A stretch of DNA of 64,000 nucleotides from Auanema rhodensis (lineage: Eukaryota; Animalia; Nematoda): NCBI GenBank assembly GCA_964057225.1, contig OZ059895.1:8618001-8682000 (forward strand), in the 5' to 3' direction. The notes beneath the pieces are model-generated. The model was not told the DNA's origin, ran no database searches, and saw only the letters and a list, made by a program, of their open reading frames with translations. The first letter of the stretch is position 1, and the number at the start of each line of letters is the position of its first letter. Both the position numbers and the translations under genes were made by a program. Shown piece after piece: positions 41,812 through 53,935 of this stretch.

Positions 41812-42187
41812 TACGCATAGATTGAAGTGAGATCTCAAAAAAGTACAGTCATCCGCTATCGCTTTTCTAGATCCAACGCTCTAAGCCTAATCTATCTCTT
41901 ATTTTTACTTAGCTTTACAACTTCCTTCATGTAAGCGCAAGACTTGTAAACGCGAAAATTGAACTAATTCCGCCTAAAATTTTCTAGGAGGCCGATGTCA
42001 GTCTTTCGACTCTCAGCTAAAATTAATTTGCTAACGCTGTTGCTTGCCTTTTTCTCTTCGTATTTATCTAATTGGAATAACTAAAACCTAACGCTGAACG
42101 TCACCAGAGTTATTTAAATATATCCAGCTAACATATGGATTAGATATAGTGTAAAACTTAATGTTGATCATAGCAAGCGGATGATCG

Positions 42188-42245
42188 TACAACAGATAAC
42201 GAATAAAATGTATATATATATACATTTTATTCGTTATCTGTTGTA
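42188..42245. repeat. Perfect 58-bp palindrome with a (TA)6 centre
   Basis: TACAACAGATAACGAATAAAATG-TATATATATATA-CATTTTATTCGTTATCTGTTGTA; the arms are exact reverse complements. Confidence 0.95.
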
Positions 42246-42510
42246 TACAGATGTATATTCTATTCTTATCTAGCTATTCCTTCACATCGTTATTTTCTAC
42301 TATATACTCTTGCAGATTTTCAAGTTTATATAGTTTTCACAATTAATGTTTTACATAAAATAATTTCCAAATGAGTTCCGGATTACGGTATGTAGTCAAT
42401 ACGTAATGTGGATAGAACTCTATGATTTATGTTATATTTGCATTTCAGCTTTTGGCTATCCAGCTCGTTTGTTCCTTACTGAAAATTTTTTTTCAGATTG
42501 ATATAGAAAA

Positions 42511-43410
42511 ATGACGACTGTAGATGAAATTTCACTAGAAGCCTTAAGAGATACGGGAAACTTAGCAGTACTAGAAGAAACTAATCAAATTCTTGAACTT
42601 CAAACTATTCTTAAAGACAAGTTTATAATTTTTAATTTTTTTCTGCTCATATTGCTTTATTAAGATCCACAGAGCATTCCGATTTTGTTTTTTATGCTGA
42701 TCGACTTATGAGATTAGTTATTGAAGAAGGATTAAATCGTCTACCTTTCACTGAAATTGCTATTACTACTCCTACTCACTGCACCTATAAAGGTATTAGT
42801 AGTTTTTATACTTCGTATTCTTGAAAAATAGTATGGATATATTGTTTTCCTTAAGTTATCTATTAAGGAATTCAATTTGCTCGTGGAAACTGTGGTCTTT
42901 CGTTATGTAGAAGTGGAGAGGCCATGGAAATTGCTTTGAGACAATGCTGCCGCTCAATTCGCATTTGCAAAATGCTCATTGGAGGTTTACTGGGTTTTCC
43001 TATATTATTTAAAATTTTTAAAATTTTTAAGGTGATGAACAAAAAGTATTATATGCTCGTATGACTCCTGATATTGCTAACCGAAGAGTGTTACTTTTAT
43101 ATCCAATTATCAGGTTATTCACAGTATTTCAATAAGCAGGGTATGATTATTCTTGTAGTACTGGTAATACGTCATCTAAAGCTGTAATGGCACTTAAAGA
43201 AGCTGGAGTTTTAGAACATAATATTTATGTTATCACGTTGTTTATTACTCCTGGAGGTTAGTTTTTTTCCAAAATCCTTAGATTGATTATTAAATGATTT
43301 CAGGATTAAAAAGGCTAGCTAATGCATATCCCCAAGTTACTTTAATCACAAGTGAAGTGTCTCAAGCAATTCCTCATAATTTCGCCATGAAGTATTTCGG
43401 TACGGACTAA
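42511..43410 (+). CDS. Uracil phosphoribosyltransferase homologue (animal type)
   Basis: Six exons: [36 protein letters not shown]...CRSGEAMEIALRQCCRSIRI...RVLLLYPIISTGNT...NFAMKYFGTD*. Confidence 0.92.
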
Positions 43411-43900
43411 TTTTTTTTTTGGTTTTTGTTGGAATGGTGAACTTCGAGAATTGTTGTTTTTGGAATTATCATCTGTTATCATATGTTTTGTTGGATAGAT
43501 ATTCTCGTTGATGTTTATAACTTGACTTTTCATTCACAAAAGTTTGATGTTATCCCATTGCATATTTCTTTCTCCAGATCTGAATAGAAATAATTAACCG
43601 CATAGATTGACTTACATATAAAACCATTTTGAGTTATTAAAATGTTTATTTTTCTATTATTAATATTAATGGATGAAGAAAACAAAAACATAATTTGACA
43701 AAACCAAGTGAGATTAACCTATCACTTTGAAGTAAAAACTGTCATAGCTGATGTGCAAGAGATAGAAATATCTATCTTCTTTGATAGAACCCGAAATATC
43801 TTGGAGATGAGCAACATAGAGAGAGATGGCACATAATCGCAATAATAATTTCCTAATAAAACACTGTAACACTGTATATTTAACGGAAAGTACTGATATT

Positions 43901-45001
43901 CTATTCTTCTTCATTTTCTTCCTCTTCTTCTTCCCATTCCTCCTCTTCCCATTCCTCATCTTCTCCTAAAATTGTGCATATGATGTTTCGAATATTGGAA
44001 AGTTTTTATATTCCAAAGGATTAATGGTTTTATATACAAAAATCCATCAGAAAATTATTTTTTTTATATACCTTCGGCTTCAGCTTCTTCTTCTTCTTCA
44101 CATTCTTCCTCATCAACATTTTCAATCTCCTCTTTCTGTGGCTCCTTCTTCTTCTTAATAATCACATTAAAACAAAATTTAAACAACTGTGCATTACCTT
44201 TTCATCATTGGTATCTATTTTAGAAGAAGGATTTTTGGAAGATTCAGAAGCTGTTTTTTCTTCTTTTTTCTCCTCTTTCTTTTCTTCCTTTTTCTCTTCT
44301 TTCTTTTCCTTTTCTTTTGCTTTCTCTTCCTCCTCTTCCTCTTCTTCTTCTTCCTCATCTTCTCCTTCTCCCTCTCCTTCTTCTTCTTCTTCTTCTTCTC
44401 CTTCACCTTCCCATTCCTCATCTTCGTCCTCATTTTCATCCTCTTGTTCAGCTTCAGATGCGTTTACTTCGCCGTGAGCAGAATTCTTCGCTTTAGACTT
44501 TGTCTGAAAAACTACGACGCTAAACAAAAAAAAACAATGCTAAAGTCATTTTTTAAAACGTCGAAATCTTTAATTAATTTTGTTTTTATTGCAAATCCTA
44601 CTCAGTAACAACAATATTTGTTTTACCCCTTCTAAGCACCACCTTAGATACTATTAAGTTGTTTAGTGAACGTTATATAATATGCTATCTATCTATATGA
44701 AATGAGCAGTCAAAGTGTAAATGTGTGGTGTAACGATCAGAAGGACAAATTTTGTTGATAGAGAGAAAGTGAGAAGAATCTGATGCAGATTACAATTTTT
44801 AATCTCCACCAAAGTAAAGAAATAAAAAGTGAACTCGACTAAAAGCTTGACAAATATATTTTTTACCAATAAAAACTATACCTTGTCATGTTCTGCTTCT
44901 TCATCCTTTTCTTCATCCGGTGGCGGCTAAAAAATATGATTTATGACGTTGAAGAAAAAACAAAATGCAACAACACTGCACGAACACATAGCATCAATAA
45001 T

Positions 45002-45033
<32 letters not shown>

Positions 45034-46050
45034 CTTACTTATATGGACATTGGAGTTATCCTTACAAAATACAGAAAGATTAGTATAAGTTCTAATAATA
45101 TTTTAAAAGTATTGATTTAAAACACTGTTAAAGTACGGCACGGTCGTTTAAGATCTCGAAAGTTATGTCAGAAAGTAAACAATATTTGTTTGAAAACACA
45201 CTTCAAGAGTTTTCAAAAAGGAAAATTTCTGACTGTTCGAAACTTTTGTGAAACAGAAAATGGTTAGTTGGATAGACAAACTTCAAGTAAGAAAAAATAA
45301 AGATAGAAAAACATACTTTACTGTTTGGTACCAAACGCAAGAATTCCGTGTAACGTTCATTTTCTACAGATTCTTCGAAGTCAACGTAATTCTTAAAAAG
45401 ATATGTTAATTTCAAAAATTAAAGATTTTGATACCCCTAAATACTCGTCATTATAAAAAAACTGCGGAGGCATTGGTGCTCCTCGGTCTCCTTCTTTCAT
45501 TTGAGCATTCTCTCTCATAAATACACGATGTTCTTCATTTCCTTCAATAATAAAAGTTCTGTATACCAATGTGCAAGAAATATTAACCTGGTTTTGCTAT
45601 GTCAATGGAATCGAACGGAATACCCAGTCCATCGAGAAGCATTAATGTTCTCTGAACACGCTTTCGAATCTGAAACACATACATAAATTTCAACCATTGA
45701 TTTTTATTTTGATATTTTTAGAATTTTCCAGAGAATTGTCTCAATTATAAATGTATGTATTTATCCTATGAAAATGAACCAGAATAATTTGAATAACAGA
45801 TTATTTTATTATTTTAGATGATTCAGAGTATACAATTTTATTTCAACTTTTTAAATTAAAACTTTCTAACATAAATTGCTAATTTGCTTATTGTAAAATA
45901 ATGAGAAAAAGTCCTGAATAATTTATTAAAAAGAAAAGATAAATAGAAAAAATAAGATGGATAACAATATCTCTAACAAAACAATTAATAACTTCTACTT
46001 ACCTCCGGATTTGCTGTTATACTGGCAACGTAGACTTTAAGAGGAGCCAT
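43901..46050 (-). CDS. SH3BGR-family thioredoxin-fold protein with a Glu-rich C-terminal tail
   Basis: MAPLKVYVASITANPE|IRKRVQRTLMLLDGLGIPFDSIDIAKP|GNEEHRVFMRENA...PMPPQFFYNDEYLG|NYVDFEESVENERYTEFLRL, followed by acidic exons 44926-44882, 44503-44198, 44153-44072 and 43965-43901. Confidence 0.88.
45002..45034. repeat. (AAC)11 microsatellite in an SH3BGR intron
   Basis: Direct reading; it begins inside the donor site of a candidate 22-nt micro-exon. Confidence 0.9.
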
Positions 46051-46855
46051 AACTTACAGATTTTGCTCAAATATAAACCCGAATAGTTCACAGCGGCAAA
46101 CTGAGGTTAGAACTGGCAGAGAAAAGGATCAGCAATATTGGAAACTCGGACGAGAGAAAAGAAGCGGAGAAAGCGAGAGTGTAAGCAAGAAGAGCAAGAG
46201 AATAAGAAATAAAAGGGAAGCTTACACACAGACAACTGAGATCAATGCGAGATGGTGTCCCCAATGGGCGGAGTTTCCACTCCAATCGTTCTTCCTCTAG
46301 AGAGAATACGGAAATGAGAGACCGGAGAGCAGTCGTGGTGTTTCCGAGCAAAGAGGCAAGAGAAACTGGGAGAGAGAATTGAGGAACGAAGTGACTGCTA
46401 GGGAAACAGAGTAGGATTGGAAGACAAGAGAGAAAGGCACTACAAAGGAGAATACATCCTTAGTTCAGCGACAGCTGAGAAACTATTGGGATAATTCAGA
46501 TTTAATGCCTTTCATAGCGTTACCCAAAGACTCACCAATTCATTCTTGTGTATACACAAAAGAAGAAAGAAAAAACGAACATCCCGACATTGATGGTGAT
46601 GAGAACAAATTAAGGTTCTTACTTTTAACTTGAAACACCGTTAGTACAGAGTGAATGAAGAGAAAACTCGGTTTTCCACCTTTTCAAAGACAACTCATTT
46701 TAGTATAAAACAGACTTTAGTGCAGATTTATACAATAAATTATACTTTAAAAACATCTCTCAGTTTAACAACAAACAATTCCTAAAACACTATATTAAGA
46801 TAACAAAATCAACAAATAATGTAAAAAAATCTAAGAATTATCTCAATCACCGAGA

Positions 46856-48516
46856 TCAGTTTTGAATAGTATTGTCATAAATTGCCTTATATTTACCATC
46901 TCTTTGAATGGTTCTCCGATGTTGCCAGGAAGGAAGATTGCGTTTATTTTCATTGAAATTAATATCAAGCCATTTGGGAGGCTACAAAACAATCTTAATA
47001 CTAATAAACAGCTGTGAACCTACTTGATAATCGTCCAACTGAACCTTCCTCAATCTTTCTTGTAACAATTCCGCTTCTACTTCCTTAGAGTCGCGATACA
47101 TATCCAAATATCTAAAAAAAAAAGCATGCGAATGAAAATATAGAAACATACAAATCAAAAGGTTGAGATTTCTCTGGGAATTCCTTTTGGTTAGGCTTCA
47201 ATGCTTCATTGTATTGGTAATCATAAATAGGAGACTTTAAGCCTAAAGAAGAAATACATATCACTAAATAAATCTTCTCAGCAAACCCATGGAGTGAAGT
47301 TGTGTCTTCACAGATTGGTCATAAGAAGTCTGAAAGAAAGCAGCGGAAGAGGGTGTGATTTTCGATTCGTTATTCTTGTAGAATTTAGAAATCTTCAATA
47401 CTCTAGATTCAAGTGTACTAAAATTAACATATAAAAGTCATCAAAAAATAAATATATTACTTTCCAAGACTTTCACAATCTATTTTATCACTATGTCTGA
47501 ATAACAAAAATACTACACGATGGTAACCGGTTCCAGAAAATGGAAGTGGTTGGATATACGAGGCAATCTATTAAAATAAAATAATACATGTAAAAAACAG
47601 TTTCTAGGTATTACCTCAGTTCCAGCAGAAATATCTTGTCCATCAGGGATATTACTAACCATCCAATGAACAAGTTCTCCCTCTTTATCAAACGGATTTC
47701 CGTCTAAGTTTACCATCAACAATGTGTTGTATCCACCAGATTTGACTGATTCAATGGACACCTGAATTTACTAAATTAAAAGAAAATAATTCAAATTTTG
47801 CCTGTGGAGAAGAAGTAGTGGATTCCGCAGAAATAACATTCCCATTAAACACTTGATTATCCAAAAACGTTATTTCAAAGTTTTGAACATTTTCAAAATA
47901 AAATCCTGAACATGTCAACTTGAAATTAATCAGCGTATCTAAAACCCACCCTTTCCAAAAAGGTCGGAGAAAATACCATAATGTTGATATAATACAACTG
48001 AAGCATCTGCATGAGGATTATCTATTAGTACTTAAAATAAAACTATTAATAGTAGCATCTGAACGTTCACATACGCTCCATGTTTCTAGATTGTTTTTCA
48101 AGGATAGATTTCTTTTCAGCAGAAATTTCTGAATGAATTGCCTTTTTTGATTTCTTGAAGCCAATGTTTATTGACTCTGCGTTATCTAAAATTATTATTA
48201 TTTTACACTAAAACTGTTTTTTGTCAACCTTCATTCAACAAATCTGCTAAAGAGTGCATGTGATTAGCTGGATCAATTATATGAAGCTGTGGTATCTTTT
48301 GAGGCTTATCTATTCTCGCTTTATACCATTTATCTTGTTCGTAAAACCTGAAACCCAAATAAAATAATATCTAAAGCGAAAAACATACCTGTTAGGATAA
48401 AAGGCTGATGGTCCAGCCCAAGCAATTGCACGAGGTCTCCATGGTCTATCAATTTTAGGCAAAAGCTTTCGCCTATACATTTTAGGAACTAGACGAGCAT
48501 ATGCTCTTCCCGTCAT
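46856..48516 (-). CDS. mrpl-38: Mitochondrial ribosomal protein mL38 (PEBP fold)
   Basis: About 11 exons; Arg-rich targeting-like N-terminus; YNTLLMVNLDGNPF...HWMVSNIP...YIQPLPFSGTGYHRVVFLLF. One 40-nt GC-AG intron (47801-47762). Confidence 0.88.
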
Positions 48517-48777
48517 GTTGAATGATTTTATATATTTAGAAATCAGCCAAACTAGCTGGGAAAGTTAGATATAGCTAAATATGTAAATATAATTAAAAAC
48601 CAGAACACTAAAATATCGTCAGTTGAAAGGCGCATATATCGTGTTCTAATGTAACCATTGAATTCAAATAAAAATATCATTGACCATTCACTCATTTGAA
48701 AAAAAAACTGTTTATTATTTTTCATATAACAAAATAAATCAAATTAATATCATCGTCAATTTTTAATTATTTTTTGA

Positions 48778-49373
48778 TTATGTCTTTTTGCTAATTTGCT
48801 TCAAAATGGTGATTTGATCATTTAATGAAAGAAATCGGAACGGCATAATGAAAGCTGATTTACTAAAAAAAAACACATTTAATTCACTATTATCAAAAAA
48901 TAGCTAACTTCTCTGGATTCTTTTCTGTATCTGGCACAACTACATTTTCGTTGGTTTTGGACGGTTTAGCTACTGCTTGATTTTGATCATATTTCAAACA
49001 TATTTCAGTTGTAACCTTAAATGAATTGAAACTGAAATTTAGATAGTATTTTTTTTACTTCCGCTGATTTTGGCTTTTTTTTATGTAATGAAGTTTTGGG
49101 ATTCGCAGAATGTCTGTCTCTTCAATATATATGGAGTTTATATTTGATATAACTGATTGATTACCTGATAAACTTATTCAAAAATGTTTTTGAACAGCCA
49201 GCTATAGTGCATTTATATTCTTTACATAGCAATGATCTGTTTCTTGTTATTTCCAAAATTTCATCATTAGATAATATCTTTTTCTGCTTCTTTTTTATCT
49301 GAACAAGAATTTAGCAGTGCCGTTCTTGTAGGTTGCTTACCTGGTTACATAATTTTTTATCATCATTCCTCAT
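48778..49373 (-). CDS. Small basic protein with a single atypical C2H2-like zinc finger
   Basis: Five phase-compatible exons, absent from the ORF track: MRNDDKKLCNQ|IKKKQKKILSNDEILEITRNRSLLCKEYKCTIAGCSKTFLNKFIR|DRHSANPKTSLHKKKPKSAE|...|...KQISKKT*. AATAAA lies downstream near 48711-48716. Confidence 0.7.
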
Positions 49374-49639
49374 TATAAGCCTTATATATATATTTATATA
49401 TTAATTTTAATTAGAATATTAATCCTGAAATTAATACTAAAAAAATAGGTGAACCTAAAAGGTGAATCTATTAATTTGTAAATCGTATTTCTGCTACAAG
49501 TATTCTGTATGAGAGATTTTTTACCATAATTTAAATCTCTGGATACTCTTAGATTAGCACACTATTTCACTTTTGGCGCATTGCCCTTTTCTTCTGATCC
49601 TTTTTTTTTAGTTTGTTGTGACAAGGACTAGGGAAATCC
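49374..49639. promoter_or_regulatory. Short bidirectional promoter with an E2F-like site
   Basis: 266 bp between divergent ATGs; TTTGGCGC at 49572-49579 matches TTTSSCGC. Confidence 0.5.
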
Positions 49640-52600
49640 ATGGAAGTGGATGAATTCCTGCAATCTCAAGATGTACTGCAAAATGACGAATATTCAGATG
49701 AAAATAGTGAACCTGTCATTTTGATAGAACCTTGGATCCTTAATTGGACTTGTAAAGAAGGTTTTTTTTTCACTCGGAAGTTTTTTGAAGTTTTTATTTT
49801 AGTCACGCCGTGTGAGGAGTATTGGCCTATTCAATCAAATAAAGTTCTGACACCGCTGGAGCAAGTTTCAAATTTTTTCACTATAGGTGACATCACCATA
49901 CCGGTATCGGAGGTAATTCATTGTAAAGTTTTCTTTTTAATTGTTGGAAACCAGATTTCAACGAAACGTGGCATTATATTCCTTTTTGGAAAAGCGATAG
50001 AAGAATTGAATGTAATACAGAATTTGGCAACTCCGGATATAACAAACTATCTGAAAGGTTTTTCATAAAATTAATCCCCCCAATAATGTTTTGTTTACAG
50101 TATTGAGTTGCTTGGAGTTTGTTGGGTATTGTGATTCAATTCCCTGCGAATGCATACAACTACTAGTTGAAAAGCTTCCTCGTCTTTTGAAGAAAATAGA
50201 AGTTAATCCTATTACAGGGCCATATTTCAAAAATGTATAACCACTTTATATGTTTATATTCCCTTAACATCACTTTAGAATCTAAACTATCATATTGCTA
50301 TATATAGCTGGAAAACATGCATAGCCGTTTATGCCAGATGTTAGTTTTTCAAGTTCAACGTTAAATAAAACTTAATTTGCAGTAAAAGATTTAAAAGGAA
50401 CTTCACAAAACGAAGAAATCGCTCTGAAGTTAAAACAATTACTTATAACCATATCCGATGTTTTGGTCAAAATACATGCTAAATATGTAAGTTTCCTGAA
50501 TTTCTGATGAATATTCCTAATATATAATGTTAAATTTCTAAATATTACAGAATCAACGGATCCCCTGTGAATGCAGTAAAATGTTACTAATCATATTATT
50601 CAAAGATAGACTTACTTCATTCTCGGAGGCATTTTTATCTCGTTTTGATCAGCTGAGAAAAGGATGTACAGATAATATTATAGAAAGTATGTAAATTTTA
50701 CTTACATTTTGCTTTATATAATTTCTTTCAGATAATCTACTTCCAAATGTGAAAATATCTGCTTTTTATTATTTTTCATATTATGCAAATTGTTTTGAAA
50801 ACTTAATTCAAATTAAAGCAATAGGTTTTAAGTATTTTTGAAAATTATAATATTATTTTCTACAGATCCTGAAGGGGAGTTAAGTGGTCAGCTTACCTTG
50901 AGAACGTTTCAAATGGCTAACTGTATATCCAAAGAAAAACTTGTTTCTGTTTGTGAAGTACAAACCAATCTTTTAACAAATTGCCAGCCATGTGGTTTAG
51001 ACAAGTGCAAGTAAAAAGTGATGGTGTGATTCGTATTTTTGAAATTCAATTTCAGAACTTTTGCAAAGAATTTTTGGAATCTGATTATTAATTTTCTTAC
51101 CAGTTCGCCTATTCCTTATCTGGTACTATTATCATTATCGTATATCTAACATTAATTTAATATAGGAACTCCTAAGGAAAAAACCAACTTCTTCTTGGTC
51201 TCATGAAATTTTAGAATTATTCCCAAATTCCGACACTAAAGATGTTTTCGTCATCAGTTTAATTGCCAAACTATTTTCAGGTAGCTATTTTGTATATTTT
51301 TTTTTCTATTTTCTTTATTTAGTTAAGTCTATTTGGAACGTCAGTAAAAATTTAGTTGATAATAGCTTGATTAACATCAAGAATACGATTTCTGATGACC
51401 AGTTAGGAACTTTAATGTCTCTCTACCTTTCAGTTTTCGCATATTGTTCAGGTTACTAATGCTAATAAGTAGATTTGAAATCCTAAGCTTTAGATCCTGA
51501 AACGTTTGGAAGACGCTTTTGCGATTGGCTCGGTGATTCATGTAGTGGTTCAACACTGTCTACCTATGAAACCTATTTTGTCGTTCTTGATGTAATGTGT
51601 CGCATTGCAGAAAAAAGGAATGTTTCAATCAATATTGAGAAGACATTGTATACACGTATGATGCTGATACTTACTGAAAATCAAACATCGTAACTGTTTC
51701 AGTTTTTAATAATACACCTTTACCTTCCGGTGGCTCTTTATTTAATATGAGACTATCTTTACATTCAAACGAAGGTGCTATTCAATATGTGGATTTAGAT
51801 AGAGCAGGTAGTTAATGTCATATTTTATATTTTATTTTATTTTTTTAAGCAAGGGATCTTAACCAGACTGATTTCACTCGCTTTATTTCTATTTTAAATC
51901 GAAAACTCATATCGTCAGTTAATCGTAATTCCGTTATCAAACGATGCTCAGAATTAGTCATTGCTTCAAAAAATGAACAATGTAATCATGATATACTCTT
52001 ATTTTTCACTACATGGGTAACAATGAACTAAGCATTAGTGCATAATTTTTATTATAATTTAGTTACGTAAAGAACTTGAAAAAAATTCTCAAGCTGCTCA
52101 TATTCAATTATCTAAGCTTATTGAAGCTATATTATCGCCGAGGTATGTCGTATATGGTTAAGGAAGTTCAGTTTAAATGTTGTAGCTTACCATCTGCCCA
52201 GTTCGTGTTCCATGTAACGAATTCAATACTGACTCCTCCTAAAGTACTTAGGTTCTATGATTCGTTGATTCCTTGTTGGATTGCAGCTGTTTATAATTTT
52301 GATGCTACTGATGGTAAAAGTTGAAATTATAATGTGAAATGTTATTTTTTAATTACTTAGAAATCATTAAATTAACGGAGAGTATCTGGAGTTATCTTTT
52401 GAACGATTTTAAAACTGTAGGATATAATTTAGATCCTTTTGATGGAGTTACCAATGTGTTCACTCACTTGGAAGTGTTAATTTTAGTGAGTTAACTTAAC
52501 GTATGTGTATAACTAACAACTTTTGTTAAGGCTCTTGGGAAAGTGGCTGAAACGAAACCTGAGTGGGTAAGAGATAAGGTCATAGAGTGGGTGCCCACAT

Positions 52601-53173
52601 CGTTAGCTAATCAGTTAGTGTTGATATTGAATCAAAATGCTAACTCAGACAAGGTTCCTTGTTGAAAATCTTTTAAAATGTTCTCATTATTTTTATAGGT
52701 CGAACACGTTCTCAACCTCTGCTGTAAAATGTTTTGCCATATTACAACTCCGTTATTTCAAGCTGCCAAACCTCAACAGGGTGGTTTCAGTGGGAGACCA
52801 TTTGTTATACTTTTGTCCAATTTATTGAAAAAGGTATGCAACATGAAAATGCGGACTAATAGCTGTTTTTAGTTTTTATCTTCTTCGCCTACCTCTGATC
52901 TGATGAAAAAGTATATCGTTAATATGGTTAGTAGCCTCAATCGATTGCCTTTCAACATATATGTGAATGCACGAATTAAAGATATAATAGTTTTTCTGAG
53001 AGAGACAGATCTTTGCGAAAAAATTGTTCAGGAAGTAAAAGAAAATGCTGAAACTGTAAGTTATTTTTTGTTTTATTTAACGTTTTCATTATTTGCTTTT
53101 TCAGGGGTATTATAAACAACTTCAAAAATATAATGACCACGAACTTAAACGGATTATATCAAAATATAGCTAA
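49640..53173 (+). CDS. Large helical protein (~800-850 aa), probable divergent MMS22L
   Basis: About 22 exons splice into one open frame, so the gene itself is well supported. The identity rests on recalled, co-linear motif similarity to MMS22L: RIPCECSKMLLIIL ~ CPCLCIKELWVLL, EIIKLT ~ QLVKLT, NIYVNARIKDII ~ NAYLNQLLGNVI. Confidence 0.55.
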
Positions 53174-53305
53174 TTCTACATCAACTTTTTTATTTTATAA
53201 ATATTTTTTTAATTCATATATGCTTATGGGACGATTTTGAATGTTTCTTATCTTAACAATATCTTTATTGATATGCCTGAAGATTAGTTCACCTTTTCTT
53301 TCAGA

Positions 53306-53724
53306 ATGTCTGGGGCTAAAGCATTTGTTGATGGTTTGATTCAATCCCATAAAGTGGTTGTGTTTAGTAAGTCGCATTGCCCATATTGCTACAAGGTATG
53401 TCGTCTAATATCGTTTTACATCATACAAAATTTTCTAAATTTTTGAGGCCCGTGATGCTTTGAAAACTATGCCTCTTCTCCCAGGAGCTCTGGAATGGGT
53501 AGAGATCGATAATCGTACTGACATGAATGAGATTCAAGATCATCTTCAGGTATTTCAAGTTCTACTATTTTCATACTTTTGATTATTGATAGGTCTTGAC
53601 TGGAGCTCGTTCTGTTCCAAGAGTTTTCATTAATAAGAAATTCTTCGGAGGAGGGGATGATACAGCTGCTGGAGTTAAGAACGGCAAATTGGAGAAAGCT
53701 CTTAAGGAGGCTGGAGCTGTCTAA
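53306..53724 (+). CDS. glrx-10: Dithiol glutaredoxin
   Basis: MSGAKAFVDGLIQSHKVVVFSKSHCPYCYK|ARDAL...EIQDHLQ|VLTGARSVPRVFINKKFFGGGDDTAAGVKNGKL; CPYC active site; TTTCAG acceptor just before the ATG. Confidence 0.95.
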
Positions 53725-53935
53725 GTATTTCGATTATGGCTTTAGATTCCAAATTGTGATACTTTCATAAATTTTTTATTTTTATATCTATTGATATCAT
53801 TATGAGATCAGTGAGAAATATTATTAACAAGATATATCTATTTCAAAACAAAAAAAATTTGAAGAAGTTTGAATAAGTTGGATATGACTAGATATTATTG
53901 TTGAGGATATAAATTAAAGTTGCAAAGACGACGAC

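Noticed and set aside
44189-44608. Poly-Phe, poly-Ser and poly-Lys ORFs
   Set aside because: Antisense or alternate frames of the Glu-rich SH3BGR exon.
44941-45060. Poly-Leu tail anchor from read-through of the (TTG)n repeat
   Set aside because: Most simply a by-product of an intronic microsatellite behind a strong GTAAGT donor.
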